A stretch of DNA of 64,000 nucleotides, from assembly GCA_045530855.1 (NCBI GenBank), contig JAZSCV010000005.1:3087-67086 (forward strand), given 5' to 3'. The position numbers were made by a program, and so were the translations under genes. The notes under the pieces are model-generated. The model saw nothing but the letters and a program-made list of their open reading frames with translations, made no database searches and was not told where the DNA came from. The DNA comes from Acutalibacteraceae bacterium (GTDB lineage Bacteria; Bacillota; Clostridia; Oscillospirales; Acutalibacteraceae). Every line of letters starts with the position of its first letter. Position 1 is the stretch's first letter. Below, one piece after another: positions 13,004 through 24,133 of the stretch.

Positions 13004-13570
13004 TTGGATAAAATAAAACAATATTTACAAAAATTCGATATTGGCTTTGTATTCGGTATAGGTATGGCATTATTGGGACTTGTACTTGTTATTCTTCCCG
13101 GGTCATCCCTTACCACAGTTTGCACAATTTTAGGAATTGGTGTAGCAATAAAGGGCGGATTAAAGCTCTTTACCTACCTTAAGGCAAAGCAAGTGGAAAC
13201 AGAAAACAACGCAGATCTGATTTCTGCAATAGTTACTCTGCTTGGTGCTTTTGTGCTTATTTCACACCCGAGAAGGCTTATTTCAATTATACCTATGCTT
13301 ATCGGCATCGGTGTTTTGATTTATGGTATAACATCATTTTTCAAAGCAAATAGCTTATTTTCAAAAGCTACCTCTGTTATTACCGCAATTATCGGTTTTG
13401 GTATTATAGGCTCACCCTTCGCTTTTGCAGAAGCGGTTACATCAATTCTGGGTATAGCGCTTATTATTGTTGGTGTAATTGTTATCATAAAAACAAAAAA
13501 CACCATCATCCCTAAAATTGAAAATAAGGATGATGGTTATACTGAGGTAGAATTTAAAGACGTAGAATAA
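13004..13570 (+). CDS. Small polytopic membrane protein (DUF308/HdeD-like)
   Basis: 188 aa, TTG start, repeated Gly-rich TM helices. Family assignment is tentative. Confidence 0.45.
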   Translation: MDKIKQYLQKFDIGFVFGIGMALLGLVLVILPGSSLTTVCTILGIGVAIKGGLKLFTYLKAKQVETENNADLISAIVTLLGAFVLISHPRRLISIIPMLIGIGVLIYGITSFFKANSLFSKATSVITAIIGFGIIGSPFAFAEAVTSILGIALIIVGVIVIIKTKNTIIPKIENKDDGYTEVEFKDVE

Positions 13571-13595
13571 AGTGCAGAGTGCAGAGTGCAAAGCA

Positions 13596-13631
13596 AAGGG
13601 AAGATTCCAAGTGAATCTTCCCTTCGTTTTT
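13596..13631 (+). terminator. Intrinsic terminator
   Basis: Stem aagggaagattc/gaatcttccctt, loop caagt, then cgttttt. Confidence 0.7.
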
Positions 13632-15132
13632 ACATTTTCGATAAATCTAATTTATCATAGCTTGAAATAAACGGTTTAAAGAAGCTGAGCATTTTTTCAA
13701 CTCCGCCTATTTCTTCACTTTCGCAATTAAGCACAAGAAGTGGCTCGTGAACGCTCATTCTTAAAAGTAGCCAGCCGTTGCCCGTATCTTTATTGAAATT
13801 GATTCTTATACCCTCATAGTTGGTGGGGGCGGTTGTTATAAAATCTTCTTTTTCTGCAAGTGCTTTCAAATCTGAAATCACAGTGTTACCGTAATCTCTG
13901 AAATCCTGAAGATTAATTTTAAAACGGATTTCCTTTTCCTCTAAAGGAGTTTTTAAATTTCTTATAACATCATCAATAGATTTGCCGTCTTTGCTGAGCT
14001 TTGCAAGCTCTATTATGATTTTTGTTATAAGATATGCACCATCATCAAGGTAATAGTTTTCTGAAAATGCTGCATGGCCTGAGGTTTCAATGGCAAGTGG
14101 CGCATTTTTATTTTCCTCATTCACAAGGCGGATTGCCTCATCTATAACATTTTTATAGCCACGTTTAAAACGATGGTGCTCACCACCAAGGTCTTTTTCA
14201 ATAAATTCATTAAGACCATCTGAGGTTACGGAGTCGGTAACAATAACCCCGCCGTTTCCGTCCTTAAGTGCTATGTATGAAGCCAGAGCAACAAGCTTGT
14301 TTCTGTTAATTTCCCGGGCATTTTCATCAACGCAAGCGGCTCTGTCGCAATCTGTATCAAAAACAACACCTAAATCTGCCTTTGCGTCTGCAACAGCTTT
14401 GCAAATAGCTTCCATAGCTGCTTTATTTTCAGGGTTTGGAATATGGTTAGGAAATGTGCCGTCAGGCTCAAGGAATTGGCTACCCTCAGTATCGGCACCT
14501 AAAACCTTAAGCACCTTTTCTGCATAGAAAGCACCTACACCATTACCTGCATCCACAACAATTTTAAGGTTTTTGAGTGGCTTTTCGTAATCATCTGCAT
14601 TAACGCCTTCTTTAATCAAAGTGCAAAGGTTTTCGCAATATTTATCCATACTTGGGAGCTTTTTGGGTAATTCTGAAATATCCCCTGCAACATATGTATT
14701 ATCCTGAGCATATTCAAGAATTTCTTTTATATCTCCACCTGAAAAGCCACCCTGACGGGTAAAGAATTTAAGCCCGTTCATTTCCATTGGAAGATGGCTT
14801 GCGGTAATTTCTATAGAGGCATCTAAAGAGAAATTTATTATAGACATAAACATTGATGGTGTTGATGCAAGACCGCAATCGTATACCTTTACCCCTAAAG
14901 ACAAAAGAGTTTTTGTTACTGCTTCAAAAATTCTTTCTGAGGATACACGGGAATCGTAACCAACAGAAAGCGTAAGTTCATTTTTATTGAGTTTTTTCTT
15001 GAGGAAAACAACGAGTGAATTTACAATACTTTCAAGGCGCTCGTTTGTTAAGTCCACAGGGTTACCGTCTTTTTCTATAGCCGTACCGCGGATATCAGTA
15101 CCGCTTTTAAGATACATAAGGTTATCCATCAA
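13630..15132 (-). CDS. Phosphoglucomutase/phosphomannomutase family protein
   Basis: 500 aa. Phosphoserine loop TASHLP and metal-binding loop FDTDCDR. Confidence 0.85.
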   Translation of the reverse strand: MMDNLMYLKSGTDIRGTAIEKDGNPVDLTNERLESIVNSLVVFLKKKLNKNELTLSVGYDSRVSSERIFEAVTKTLLSLGVKVYDCGLASTPSMFMSIINFSLDASIEITASHLPMEMNGLKFFTRQGGFSGGDIKEILEYAQDNTYVAGDISELPKKLPSMDKYCENLCTLIKEGVNADDYEKPLKNLKIVVDAGNGVGAFYAEKVLKVLGADTEGSQFLEPDGTFPNHIPNPENKAAMEAICKAVADAKADLGVVFDTDCDRAACVDENAREINRNKLVALASYIALKDGNGGVIVTDSVTSDGLNEFIEKDLGGEHHRFKRGYKNVIDEAIRLVNEENKNAPLAIETSGHAAFSENYYLDDGAYLITKIIIELAKLSKDGKSIDDVIRNLKTPLEEKEIRFKINLQDFRDYGNTVISDLKALAEKEDFITTAPTNYEGIRINFNKDTGNGWLLLRMSVHEPLLVLNCESEEIGGVEKMLSFFKPFISSYDKLDLSKM

Positions 15133-15872
15133 TATTCTCTCCTTACAACATAATAAATGCGCTGAGTGTTCTCACAAGGGGCACCACAGCTTAAATCTTT
15201 ATAACGTTTAACAACCTTAAAGCCTGCATTTTCTACAGCATTTACAATTTCTTCATCGCTGAATGCAATTTCGCAGAAATTCTCGTTAAAGCGTTTATAT
15301 GCATCGCCCGTCTTAACGAAGAAATCAAGGTTGATATTTACTGTTTTGTTATCCTTTAAAAGTCTGTTCTGCCATACGCAATACACATTTTTTTCATCAT
15401 ATATAAATGTGTTATTACCTAAAATTTCACGATGCTTATAAAGTGTGTTAACATCAAACACCATTATACCCTTATCATCAATGAAATTTTTCAGAACACT
15501 AAATGTTTTATTAAGGTCCTCAACGCTTTCCAAATGATTTATACTGTCCAGAGCGCAAACAATTGCTCTGACTGTGCCGTAAAGGTCAGTTTCCTGCATT
15601 TTCTGACATAAAAACATTATACTTTGTTCTTGCTCGTAGGCTTTATTCTGCGCTTCCATAAGCATATCTGCCGAAGCATCTGTTGCAATAACCTCGTAGC
15701 CCATTTTGGAAAATTCAACAGAAAGTGAACCTGTACCGCAGGCAAGGTCAAGCAAAAGCCCGTCTTTAATATCAAAATCCGCAAGAATACTTGCTATGTA
15801 TTCCGCTCTTTTCTTGTAATCCACATTAAAAGTCAACTCGTCATAAACACTTGCAAATGAAGAATAAGACAT
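15129..15872 (-). CDS. Class I SAM-dependent methyltransferase
   Basis: 247 aa. Motif I LLDLACGTGSLS. ATGA overlap with the downstream mutase gene. Confidence 0.8.
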   Translation of the reverse strand: MSYSSFASVYDELTFNVDYKKRAEYIASILADFDIKDGLLLDLACGTGSLSVEFSKMGYEVIATDASADMLMEAQNKAYEQEQSIMFLCQKMQETDLYGTVRAIVCALDSINHLESVEDLNKTFSVLKNFIDDKGIMVFDVNTLYKHREILGNNTFIYDEKNVYCVWQNRLLKDNKTVNINLDFFVKTGDAYKRFNENFCEIAFSDEEIVNAVENAGFKVVKRYKDLSCGAPCENTQRIYYVVRREY

Positions 15873-16051
15873 AACTTACCTCCTGATAAATATGTCTTAT
15901 TTTAACATATTTTTTATATTTTCACAATACAAGGTTATTTTTAAAATGTCAAAAAGATTTGCTTAAATTTGTAAATTTTGTACATTCCAAATGAATTACC
16001 ATTTATGTTAATATACTATTAACATTTTAATAAAGCTTTGGAGGAATTTAT

Positions 16052-17587
16052 GTGAAAAAGATTTTAACATTGTTATTGGCAATCGTTATTATGTGCGCAG
16101 GTGTTCTGCCTTGCTTTGCGGCGGCAAAAAAATGCAATTGCGGTGAAGCACCTATTATATATGTTGCGGCTCTTGGTAGCGGCTCCATTTATCTTGACGA
16201 GGGCACAGAAAACGAAAGACAGCTTTTCAGACCAAAAACAGAAGATATCCTTGCAGATTTTGCTCCCCTTGTTCCTGCGGCGGGCTTACTCCTTGCAGAT
16301 GGTAACTACGATAAATTTGGTGATGTTCTCATTGATTGTGTAAACAAATCCTTTGGTATGCTTGCAATGGATAAGAATGGTAACTCATTACCAAATGTTA
16401 CAACAGAAAAATTTGCTCCCGAGGACGGAAAACACGGCATTGAGCACAGCTATTACTTCGGCTATGACTTCCGTGAAGACCCTATAGCAAATGCAAAGAA
16501 GCTTCGCACCTACATCAACGAAGTTAAAAAGCTTACAAAGCACGATACAATACGTGTAAGAGCTTCCTCAATGGGCGGCGTTACAATGCTTGCTTACTTA
16601 AGGCTTTATGGCTCAAAGGGTATTGACACACTCATTCTTCAGAACTGTCCGTTACAGGGCACTGCAGTTGCAGGCGAGCTTTACAACGGCAAGGTTCACA
16701 TTGATAAGGATGCTCTTTTACGTTATGCACAGGGCGCTCTTCCATCTATGGGTAACGACTTCTTCGCAGGCGTACTTTACACACTTATTGATATGCTTGA
16801 TGCAGGCGGTGTATGGACCGGCCTTGTAGACATTGCAGATGTTCTTGTTAAAAATCTTAAGGGCAGAGTATTTGACGAGGCACTTATTCCTATTTTCGGT
16901 ACAATGCCCGGTATATGGAGCTTTGTTCCTCATGAATACTATGAAAGCGCAAAGACCTTTATGAAGCTTGACAGCAAAACACATAAGGTTCTTCTTGAAA
17001 AGTTAGACTACTACCACTATGAGGTACAGTCAAAAGCAGGCGCACTTTTGAAAACGGCAAAGAAAAACGGCACAAATGTGTATATAGTAGCAGGCTACAA
17101 TATGCAGAGAACACCTCTTGTTGAAGCTTACAAAAACAACTCCGATGGTACTGTTGATACACAATATGCATCTGTTGGCGCAACATGTGCATTTATCAAC
17201 GAACAGCTTCCGAAGGATTACAAACAGGCAGTCCCCGGTAAATACAACTACATTTCTCCTGACAGAGTAATTGATGCATCTACCTGTGCATTACCTGAGC
17301 AGACATGGTTTGTTAAGGATATGCTTCACTCTACCTGCCACGATGGACACGATGTATTCTACAAAATTCTTTTCAAGAGTGAAAAGCAATTAACTGTACA
17401 CGATATGGAAGAATACCCACAGTTTATGCAGAATGATACTGTTAATCAGACCTTCTATGAGGTTCAGGAAAGCGGCTCACCACTCCAGAATGCCGCAAAC
17501 GATGCATCACAGCAAACAAGCTTCTTTAATATCGTAAAATTATTATCCGTTTTCTTCAAACAGCTTTTCAGCTTTTTGGCAAAGTAA
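16052..17587 (+). CDS. Secreted alpha/beta-hydrolase-like protein (putative lipase/esterase)
   Basis: 511 aa. GTG start 7 nt after GGAGG, signal peptide, AxSxG-type elbow RASSMGG. Function is uncertain. Confidence 0.5.
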   Translation: MKKILTLLLAIVIMCAGVLPCFAAAKKCNCGEAPIIYVAALGSGSIYLDEGTENERQLFRPKTEDILADFAPLVPAAGLLLADGNYDKFGDVLIDCVNKSFGMLAMDKNGNSLPNVTTEKFAPEDGKHGIEHSYYFGYDFREDPIANAKKLRTYINEVKKLTKHDTIRVRASSMGGVTMLAYLRLYGSKGIDTLILQNCPLQGTAVAGELYNGKVHIDKDALLRYAQGALPSMGNDFFAGVLYTLIDMLDAGGVWTGLVDIADVLVKNLKGRVFDEALIPIFGTMPGIWSFVPHEYYESAKTFMKLDSKTHKVLLEKLDYYHYEVQSKAGALLKTAKKNGTNVYIVAGYNMQRTPLVEAYKNNSDGTVDTQYASVGATCAFINEQLPKDYKQAVPGKYNYISPDRVIDASTCALPEQTWFVKDMLHSTCHDGHDVFYKILFKSEKQLTVHDMEEYPQFMQNDTVNQTFYEVQESGSPLQNAANDASQQTSFFNIVKLLSVFFKQLFSFLAK

Positions 17588-17601
17588 CATTCATAAAAAA
17601 T

Positions 17602-17638
17602 GCCACATTCCAACAAAATTGGAATGTGGCTATTTTTT
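17602..17638. terminator. Bidirectional terminator
   Basis: 12-bp stem gccacattccaa/ttggaatgtggc flanked by an A-run and a T-run. Confidence 0.7.
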
Positions 17639-18209
17639 ATAGTTTGTCAAGTGTTAACTCATATGCAGGTATAAATTCTTCAAGAAAAACATTCGCCTCA
17701 GGCACACCGGCATCAATAATCCTTTGCCTTGTTGCCGACTCTGCCTCACTGAATTCTGTATTGCCTGCCTTACGCTCTTCTATACATTTTATAAGGGCGC
17801 TAAGCTTATCTGCCGCTTTTATAAGAGGCTTTAATTCGTCATCATCACCTGTTAAAAGGCAATCAAAAACATCTCTTAAATCCTCAGGGAGCTTTGAAAG
17901 AAGCTTTTCGTTTGCCGCATCCTCTACCGCTTTAAATGCAGTAGTAAGCATTTCATTATCATACTTAACGGGTGTAGGCATATCACCTGTTATAATTTCG
18001 TGGGCATCGTGATACAAACCTAAAACTGCTGCTCTGTCCGCATTATAGCTTTTACCAAAGCGTTTATTACCTATAACGGCAAGTGCGTGAGCTATGACAG
18101 CCACTTCTTTTGAGTGACTGTCAAGGCTTTCGTTTTCGGTATTTCTCATTAATGCCCAACGGTCAATGTATTTCATTCTTGAAACCATTGCAAAAAAACT
18201 GTTGTTCAT
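17637..18209 (-). CDS. HD-domain 5'-deoxynucleotidase (YfbR-like)
   Basis: 190 aa. RWALMRNTENESLDSHS and HDAHEIITGDMPTP motifs. Confidence 0.8.
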   Translation of the reverse strand: MNNSFFAMVSRMKYIDRWALMRNTENESLDSHSKEVAVIAHALAVIGNKRFGKSYNADRAAVLGLYHDAHEIITGDMPTPVKYDNEMLTTAFKAVEDAANEKLLSKLPEDLRDVFDCLLTGDDDELKPLIKAADKLSALIKCIEERKAGNTEFSEAESATRQRIIDAGVPEANVFLEEFIPAYELTLDKL

Positions 18210-18220
18210 ATTATTTTACC

Positions 18221-21200
18221 TTATTTTTTAAGTTTAACTTTAAATGTTTTAATTTCAAATGGCTTGAAGGTTGCTTCAATAGATTTACCGCCAAATTTAA
18301 CAGGAGCATCCTCTTCCTCAAGAAGGTTACATTCTGTTGCACTCTCAATATTATCATAGAAGAAAAGCTGTGCAGTTGTTTTTCTGTTCCATGTTTCGTA
18401 TGCACGGACAATAAGCTCGTCGCTATCCTCAGCTATCTTTACTGTTTCAATTATGATGTTATCATCAAGAGTTGTCACAAACGCACATCTGTCATTCAAT
18501 TCACCCTTCTGAGCCTTTGCGGGAATTGCATAAAGCGGGAAGTTTACGCTATAAGCCTGCTCAACAACACCTGAGTCCTTAGCCGCAAATTCGTGTGGGT
18601 AAATTGAGAATGTGAATGAATGGAATTCTCTGTCCTGAATTGTGTTTGGTCTTGTAGCGCAACGGAAGAGTGTTGGACGGATACGGCCATCCTTAACATC
18701 GCAACCATACTTGCAATCGTTGAGAATTGAAAGACCGAAGCTGTTATCTGAAAGGTCAACCCACTTGTGCATTGACTCCTCAAACTGAGCAAATTCCCAG
18801 GTTGTGTTTGTGGTAGTTGAACGCTCAACATTACCGAACTGAATATCAAAGGTTGCTTTTGTTGCGTTTACATCTACAGGATAATCTGCCTTAAGCACAA
18901 CGTGATCCTCGTGCCAATCTGCCTCATAGTTAACATCGATTCTCTCAAGCATTCTATAGACACAATAATATTCTGTAAAGGTTGATTTCCTGAATGCTCT
19001 TTCAACCTTATATACTGTTCTTACAGGACCTTTTTCTATAATTTCAGCCTTTTTGAAATCAAGCTCCCAGCTCTTCTCATCAAAATAACATTTAATATCC
19101 CAAGCCTCGTGGTTATGTGGTCTGTCCTGGTAAGCTATAACCTTACCTACTGTTTCACCATCAGGAGCAACACTTCTTCCTGACTCCTTGTGAACAAGCT
19201 TTGAAATATTGAATTCCTTGTTGAACTCTATATCAAAATATGCTGTATGTGCTTCGTTTTCATTTGCACACATATCAGGGAGCTGTGTAGGTGCACATTT
19301 CTTTACAGTAATTGCAGTATAGCCCTTTGCAGGTACCTCTGTTACAAAAACAATTTTGCCGTCATATGTTTTCTGGTATGGCACCTCTTTGCCCGAAACA
19401 TCAAAGAGTGCAAATTCTTCCTGGCAAGGGATATCAGATACAACAGCATCAAACCTGTAGAAGCCTGTTGTATTAAATACTACAATACTATCATTTTCAA
19501 GGTTAAGCTTAGAAATGATTGCATTCTGTGCATCAGAGAGCATTTCGCGACCCTCTGCAAGCACCTTTTCATAATCTTCCTTACTATCCTCATAAACCTC
19601 TTTAATTGAAGAGCCGGGGAGAATATCGTGGAACTGATTAAGAAGTATAAGCTTCCAGTTTTCGAGAAGTCTTTCTCTCGGATATTTAAAGCCTGTCTGA
19701 ATATTTGCAAGAGCAGAAAGTGTTTCAATATCGTGGTATAAGCACTCGCTCTTACGGTTATATTTCTTGTTTCTTGCCTGGCTTGTGAGTGTACCTCTAT
19801 GGAATTCAAGATACAATTCACCGCACCATGTAGGAAGATGCTTATTTCCTGAAACCTGTTTATCGAGATTCTCAAAAAAATCAAGTGAGCTTGCCTGCTT
19901 AACAACAGGGCAACCCTGAATACCCTTTGACATACGTCTGCCGTATTCAAGCATTTCAACAGTTGGCCCGCCACCGCCGTCACCGAAGCCGTAGCTCATA
20001 AGGAAATCCTTTCCTAAATCCTTTTGTGAATATCTCTTGTAACCGCCGATAACATAAAGTGGTCTTAACTTACTGTTGTATGTAGTTTGCCACTCTTTTC
20101 TTTCATCAACAGTTGCATGACAGCTTGGCGGGAAGTGTGAAAGTACCTCTGTGCCGTCAATACCACGCCACTTGAATGTATCATAAGGGAATTTGTTATA
20201 CTCATTCCAACTGATTTTTGTTGTCATAAAGTATTTCATTCCGCACTTTTTAATAAGCTGTGGAATAGCCGCTGAATAGCCGAAAACGTCAGGGAGCCAC
20301 ATAATTTTGTTATCCACACCAAACTCATCACGGAAGAAGCGCTTACCTACCATAAACTGACGCACTAATGCTTCACCTGATGCAACATTGGTATCTGCTT
20401 CAACCCACATAGAGCCTTCAGCTTCCCATCTACCCTCTTTTACTCGTTCTTTGATTTTCTCAAAAACCTCAGGATAATCCTGTTTTACATAATCATAAAG
20501 CTGAGCCTGAGATGACATAAACTTATACTCAGGATACTCCTCCATAAGCTTTAAAACAGTTGCAAATGAACGGCATGATTTCTCTCTTGTCTGACGAAGG
20601 CGCCAAAGCCATGCCACGTCAATATGGGTGTGGCCTACGCTCCAACAAGTAGCTTCCTCAAACTTGCCGTAAAGATTTTCGTCAAGGAATTTTTGTGTTT
20701 GCTTTGCTGATTCGTGAAAAACCTGACGGTCGTCTGTGTCGATATCAAGAATATTGCAGGCCTGGTTAAGCGCACGGATTATGTTAACTCTTGCGTCGCT
20801 GTCTTCACCATGGTATTTTGCAACCTTAAGAGGGGTAAGCATATCAAAGTAAATATCCAAAGCAATATCGTCCATTACCTGAAGCTGAGCAGATAACTGG
20901 ATTTTACCGCGCCACTCGTGCTGGTCTGAATATGCATTAATAGCAATTTCAAACTCCTCACCGCCTTGGGCACAATTGGTAAGTGTTACATACTGATGGT
21001 TACTGTCACCACCCTGAATAACTTTACCATTTACAAAAATAATAAATTGCGGGTTAACCTCACTCCAGTTTCTTTCGTAAGGCACAAGCTTATAAATAAC
21101 GTGCTGACCCTTGAACTCTTCGGGAATTTTTACTGTTTGCTTAAACCAGCAATAACACTCCTGATAACCCCAGAAATCTTCACCGGCTTTGAAATGTACC

Positions 21201-21382
21201 CATTCACCTTTATTTATATCTTCAAAAGTGTACTGACCGTCACGGAAAAGAAAATCCCCTGTGTCAACACTGTCTGCAATTACAAATTTACTGTATAAAT
21301 CCTTAAGAATCTGATCTACTCTTTTACACAGCATAAGTCTTTCACTGTTTTTATCGTGAAAATCAATTTCAAAATGCGCCAT
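18221..21382 (-). CDS. Alpha-mannosidase, glycoside hydrolase family 38
   Basis: 1053 aa. GH38 metal-site motif GHTHIDVAWLW. Size is typical of cytosolic MngB-like enzymes. Confidence 0.9.
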   Translation of the reverse strand: MAHFEIDFHDKNSERLMLCKRVDQILKDLYSKFVIADSVDTGDFLFRDGQYTFEDINKGEWVHFKAGEDFWGYQECYCWFKQTVKIPEEFKGQHVIYKLVPYERNWSEVNPQFIIFVNGKVIQGGDSNHQYVTLTNCAQGGEEFEIAINAYSDQHEWRGKIQLSAQLQVMDDIALDIYFDMLTPLKVAKYHGEDSDARVNIIRALNQACNILDIDTDDRQVFHESAKQTQKFLDENLYGKFEEATCWSVGHTHIDVAWLWRLRQTREKSCRSFATVLKLMEEYPEYKFMSSQAQLYDYVKQDYPEVFEKIKERVKEGRWEAEGSMWVEADTNVASGEALVRQFMVGKRFFRDEFGVDNKIMWLPDVFGYSAAIPQLIKKCGMKYFMTTKISWNEYNKFPYDTFKWRGIDGTEVLSHFPPSCHATVDERKEWQTTYNSKLRPLYVIGGYKRYSQKDLGKDFLMSYGFGDGGGGPTVEMLEYGRRMSKGIQGCPVVKQASSLDFFENLDKQVSGNKHLPTWCGELYLEFHRGTLTSQARNKKYNRKSECLYHDIETLSALANIQTGFKYPRERLLENWKLILLNQFHDILPGSSIKEVYEDSKEDYEKVLAEGREMLSDAQNAIISKLNLENDSIVVFNTTGFYRFDAVVSDIPCQEEFALFDVSGKEVPYQKTYDGKIVFVTEVPAKGYTAITVKKCAPTQLPDMCANENEAHTAYFDIEFNKEFNISKLVHKESGRSVAPDGETVGKVIAYQDRPHNHEAWDIKCYFDEKSWELDFKKAEIIEKGPVRTVYKVERAFRKSTFTEYYCVYRMLERIDVNYEADWHEDHVVLKADYPVDVNATKATFDIQFGNVERSTTTNTTWEFAQFEESMHKWVDLSDNSFGLSILNDCKYGCDVKDGRIRPTLFRCATRPNTIQDREFHSFTFSIYPHEFAAKDSGVVEQAYSVNFPLYAIPAKAQKGELNDRCAFVTTLDDNIIIETVKIAEDSDELIVRAYETWNRKTTAQLFFYDNIESATECNLLEEEDAPVKFGGKSIEATFKPFEIKTFKVKLKK

Positions 21383-21492
21383 AGCTACACCCCGTAATAC
21401 AAAAATACAATTTCAATAATTTTAGCATAGAATATGGCATATTACAATAATTTATTGCCAAAAAACAGCTTATAAATCGTTATATTTTATAG

Positions 21493-21521
21493 TTGACTTT
21501 ATAACAAGAAAAAAGTAAAAT
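21493..21521 (+). promoter_or_regulatory. Candidate sigma-A promoter for the IMPDH-family gene
   Basis: TTGACT (21493-21498), 17-nt spacer, TAAAAT (21516-21521). Confidence 0.4.
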
Positions 21522-21559
21522 AAAAGGTAATAATTATTGCACACAAAGGAGAGATAAGA

Positions 21560-23068
21560 ATGGCTCATTATTGTAAAGAACCTTCAAGAACATTCAGCGA
21601 GTATTTGCTCATTCCGGGCTACACAGGTCCAGACTGCATTCCAAACAATGTAGACCTCAGCACACCTCTTTGCAAATACAGAAAAGGTGAAGAAGAAGCA
21701 CCAATCACACTTAACATTCCTATGGTTTCTGCAATTATGCAATCTGTTTCAAACGATACACTTGCTATTGCTTTGGCTAAGGAAGGTGGTATGTCTTTCA
21801 TTTACGGCTCACAGTCAATTGAAGACGAAGCGGCAATGGTCGCCAGAGTTAAGAATTACAAAGCAGGCTTTGTTGTTTCTGATTCTAACCTCTGCCCTGA
21901 CAGCACATTAGATGATGTTATTACTCTTTACGACAACCTTGGTCACTCCACAATGGCTGTTACAGCTGATGGTACAGCAACAGGCAAGCTTCTTGGTGTT
22001 GTTACATCAAGAGATTACAGAATCAGCCGTATGCCTTTAGATTTAAAGGTAACAGAATTTATGACGCCTCTTGAAAAGCTTGTTACTGCCCCTGCTTCTA
22101 CTTCCCTTAAAGAAGCATACGACATTATCTGGGAACACAAGCTCAACTCTCTCCCTATTATAGACGATAACGGAAAGCTCCTTTACTTCGTTTTCCGTAA
22201 GGACTATTCACAGCACAAGGAAAACCCACAGGAAATTCTTGACAGCCAGAAGCGTTATATGGTTGGTGCAGGTATCAACACCCGTGACTATCAAGAAGGA
22301 GTTCCTGCCCTTGTTGATGCAGGTGCAGATGTTCTTTGCATTGACTCTTCCGAGGGTTACACAGAGTGGCAGAAACGCACAATTGCATTCATCAGAGAAA
22401 AATACGGCGACACTGTTAAGGTTGGTGCAGGTAACGTTGTTGACAGAGACGGCTTCCGTTTCCTTGCAGACGCAGGCGCAGACTTTATTAAGGTTGGTAT
22501 CGGCGGCGGTTCAATCTGTATCACTCGTGAAACAAAGGGTATTGGCCGCGGACAGGCTACTGCACTTATTGAGGTTGCTGCTGCTCGTGACGAATATTAT
22601 AAAGAAACAGGCGTTTATGTGCCGATTTGTTCAGATGGTGGTATCGTTCATGACTACCATATGACACTTGCACTTGCAATGGGTGCAGACTTTATGATGC
22701 TCGGCAGATACTTTGCTCGTTTTGATGAAAGCCCAACACCAAAGCTCAACATTAACGGCACATACGTTAAAGAGTATTGGGGCGAAGGCTCAAACAGAGC
22801 ACGTAACTGGCAGAGATATGACCTTGGCGGTCAGTCAAAGCTTTCTTTTGAGGAAGGTGTTGACTCATACGTAACATATGCCGGCTCTCTCCACGACAAC
22901 GTTACAAAGAGTCTTTATAAGGTAAAATCCACAATGTGCAACTGTGGCGTTCTTACAATCCCTGACCTTCAGAGAGATGCAAAGCTCACACTTGTTAGTG
23001 CAACAAGTATTGTTGAAGGCGGCGCACACGACGTTACACTTAAAACAAACACAGGTAATATAAGATGA
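21560..23068 (+). CDS. guaB: IMP dehydrogenase family protein (with CBS pair)
   Basis: 502 aa. Catalytic loop [12 protein letters not shown], an inserted CBS region, and the N-terminus [11 protein letters not shown]. Confidence 0.8.
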   Translation: MAHYCKEPSRTFSEYLLIPGYTGPDCIPNNVDLSTPLCKYRKGEEEAPITLNIPMVSAIMQSVSNDTLAIALAKEGGMSFIYGSQSIEDEAAMVARVKNYKAGFVVSDSNLCPDSTLDDVITLYDNLGHSTMAVTADGTATGKLLGVVTSRDYRISRMPLDLKVTEFMTPLEKLVTAPASTSLKEAYDIIWEHKLNSLPIIDDNGKLLYFVFRKDYSQHKENPQEILDSQKRYMVGAGINTRDYQEGVPALVDAGADVLCIDSSEGYTEWQKRTIAFIREKYGDTVKVGAGNVVDRDGFRFLADAGADFIKVGIGGGSICITRETKGIGRGQATALIEVAAARDEYYKETGVYVPICSDGGIVHDYHMTLALAMGADFMMLGRYFARFDESPTPKLNINGTYVKEYWGEGSNRARNWQRYDLGGQSKLSFEEGVDSYVTYAGSLHDNVTKSLYKVKSTMCNCGVLTIPDLQRDAKLTLVSATSIVEGGAHDVTLKTNTGNIR

Positions 23069-23176
23069 TTAATTCGGAGTAGTTTTGGTTTTCAAAACTG
23101 CTCCGAAACTTAATTCCACCCGATAACAAGTGAACTTCATCGTTTTTATACATATAGCAAGAAAAGAGGTACAACC

Positions 23177-23860
23177 ATGGCAACTTTTGCAGAGAAAAAC
23201 TGGGGCGATTGTAGTAAAGCTATAGCATATGAATTCAACTTTGTGCAGATGTGCTATGGGTACGATTCTGATTGCTACGATGATTATTACAATTTATGTC
23301 CAAAATGTGGGTATGCCACAACGCAAGCCAGAGATTACGAATATCCAAAAAGCGGTTTTTCTAAAAAGGATTATTACCTTTTAGACACATATGATTTTGG
23401 TGTTTCACACAAGCTCAAAGAACAACTTATTTCCTTTGGAATATCCGAAGAAAATTTCAGACCGATATTCACAAGAAAACACGATATTATATTAGGTTTT
23501 CATCTGACACCTGTTCATACATTAGATTCTATTGAGAAAATAAATAACATTAAAAGCAAAATCCGTTGCAATTATTGTAATCGCATTGAATACGAATGGC
23601 CTGAAGAACATCTTGCTGTTTATGATCGCTTAGGTTATCCTCTATATGTTTCAGAAAATGAATTGACACAAATTAATACTCACCATATTGTAAAAACATT
23701 CGAACAGCATGATGTAATAATATCGTTAGAACTTTATAATCTTTTACTGAAAAACTATCCAAGAATAGAATGTCGACCTGTGTTTTTAGGCGATATAACA
23801 AATGACCCTGAATACATTAGATTACATAAGAACGAACTCAAAAAAAAAGCATTACGATAA
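23177..23860 (+). CDS. Hypothetical protein with CPKCG and CNYC motifs (possible double-CXXCG/Imm11-like immunity-type protein)
   Basis: 227 aa. RBS AAGAGG upstream. First gene of the AT-rich island. No catalytic motif recognised. Confidence 0.55.
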   Translation: MATFAEKNWGDCSKAIAYEFNFVQMCYGYDSDCYDDYYNLCPKCGYATTQARDYEYPKSGFSKKDYYLLDTYDFGVSHKLKEQLISFGISEENFRPIFTRKHDIILGFHLTPVHTLDSIEKINNIKSKIRCNYCNRIEYEWPEEHLAVYDRLGYPLYVSENELTQINTHHIVKTFEQHDVIISLELYNLLLKNYPRIECRPVFLGDITNDPEYIRLHKNELKKKALR

Positions 23861-23986
23861 TTTACGTAAAGAATTAGAATCAAAGCGTAGCGAATCGAAA
23901 CTTTAAAACAAGTGCAAAAAGCTAAGAGTAAAACTCATTTAAAACATATAATCTATGTTAATAAACTACAGATATTACAAAACAAA

Positions 23987-24024
23987 AACAGGAAGCGTTT
24001 GCTTCCTGTTTTGTTGCCTTTTTT
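23987..24024. terminator. Terminator at the convergence point of the island genes
   Basis: Stem aacaggaagc/gcttcctgtt, loop gttt, then a T-rich tail. An A-run lies on the other side. Confidence 0.7.
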
Positions 24025-24039
24025 AGTCCTTTTCGATTA

Positions 24040-24058
24040 GGTTTTCACGCTAACCGTC
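24040..24058. repeat. Left copy of a perfect 19-bp inverted repeat bracketing the cassette array (mini-version of the island repeat)
   Basis: ggttttcacgctaaccgtc is the exact reverse complement of 26817-26835. It continues ccct, sharing the aaccgtcccct core with the 121-bp repeats. Confidence 0.85.
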
Positions 24059-24133
24059 CCCTCGTGTTATGTCTCGTCTTGATAAACCGCCTTAACGATT
24101 GAGTATAAAGGAGGACTGTTATATAACAAGTAT

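Noticed and set aside
13571-13592. Short tandem agtgcag(a) repeat (about 2.5 units) after the DUF308-like gene.
   Set aside because: It is too short to be meaningful and sits just upstream of an ordinary terminator hairpin.
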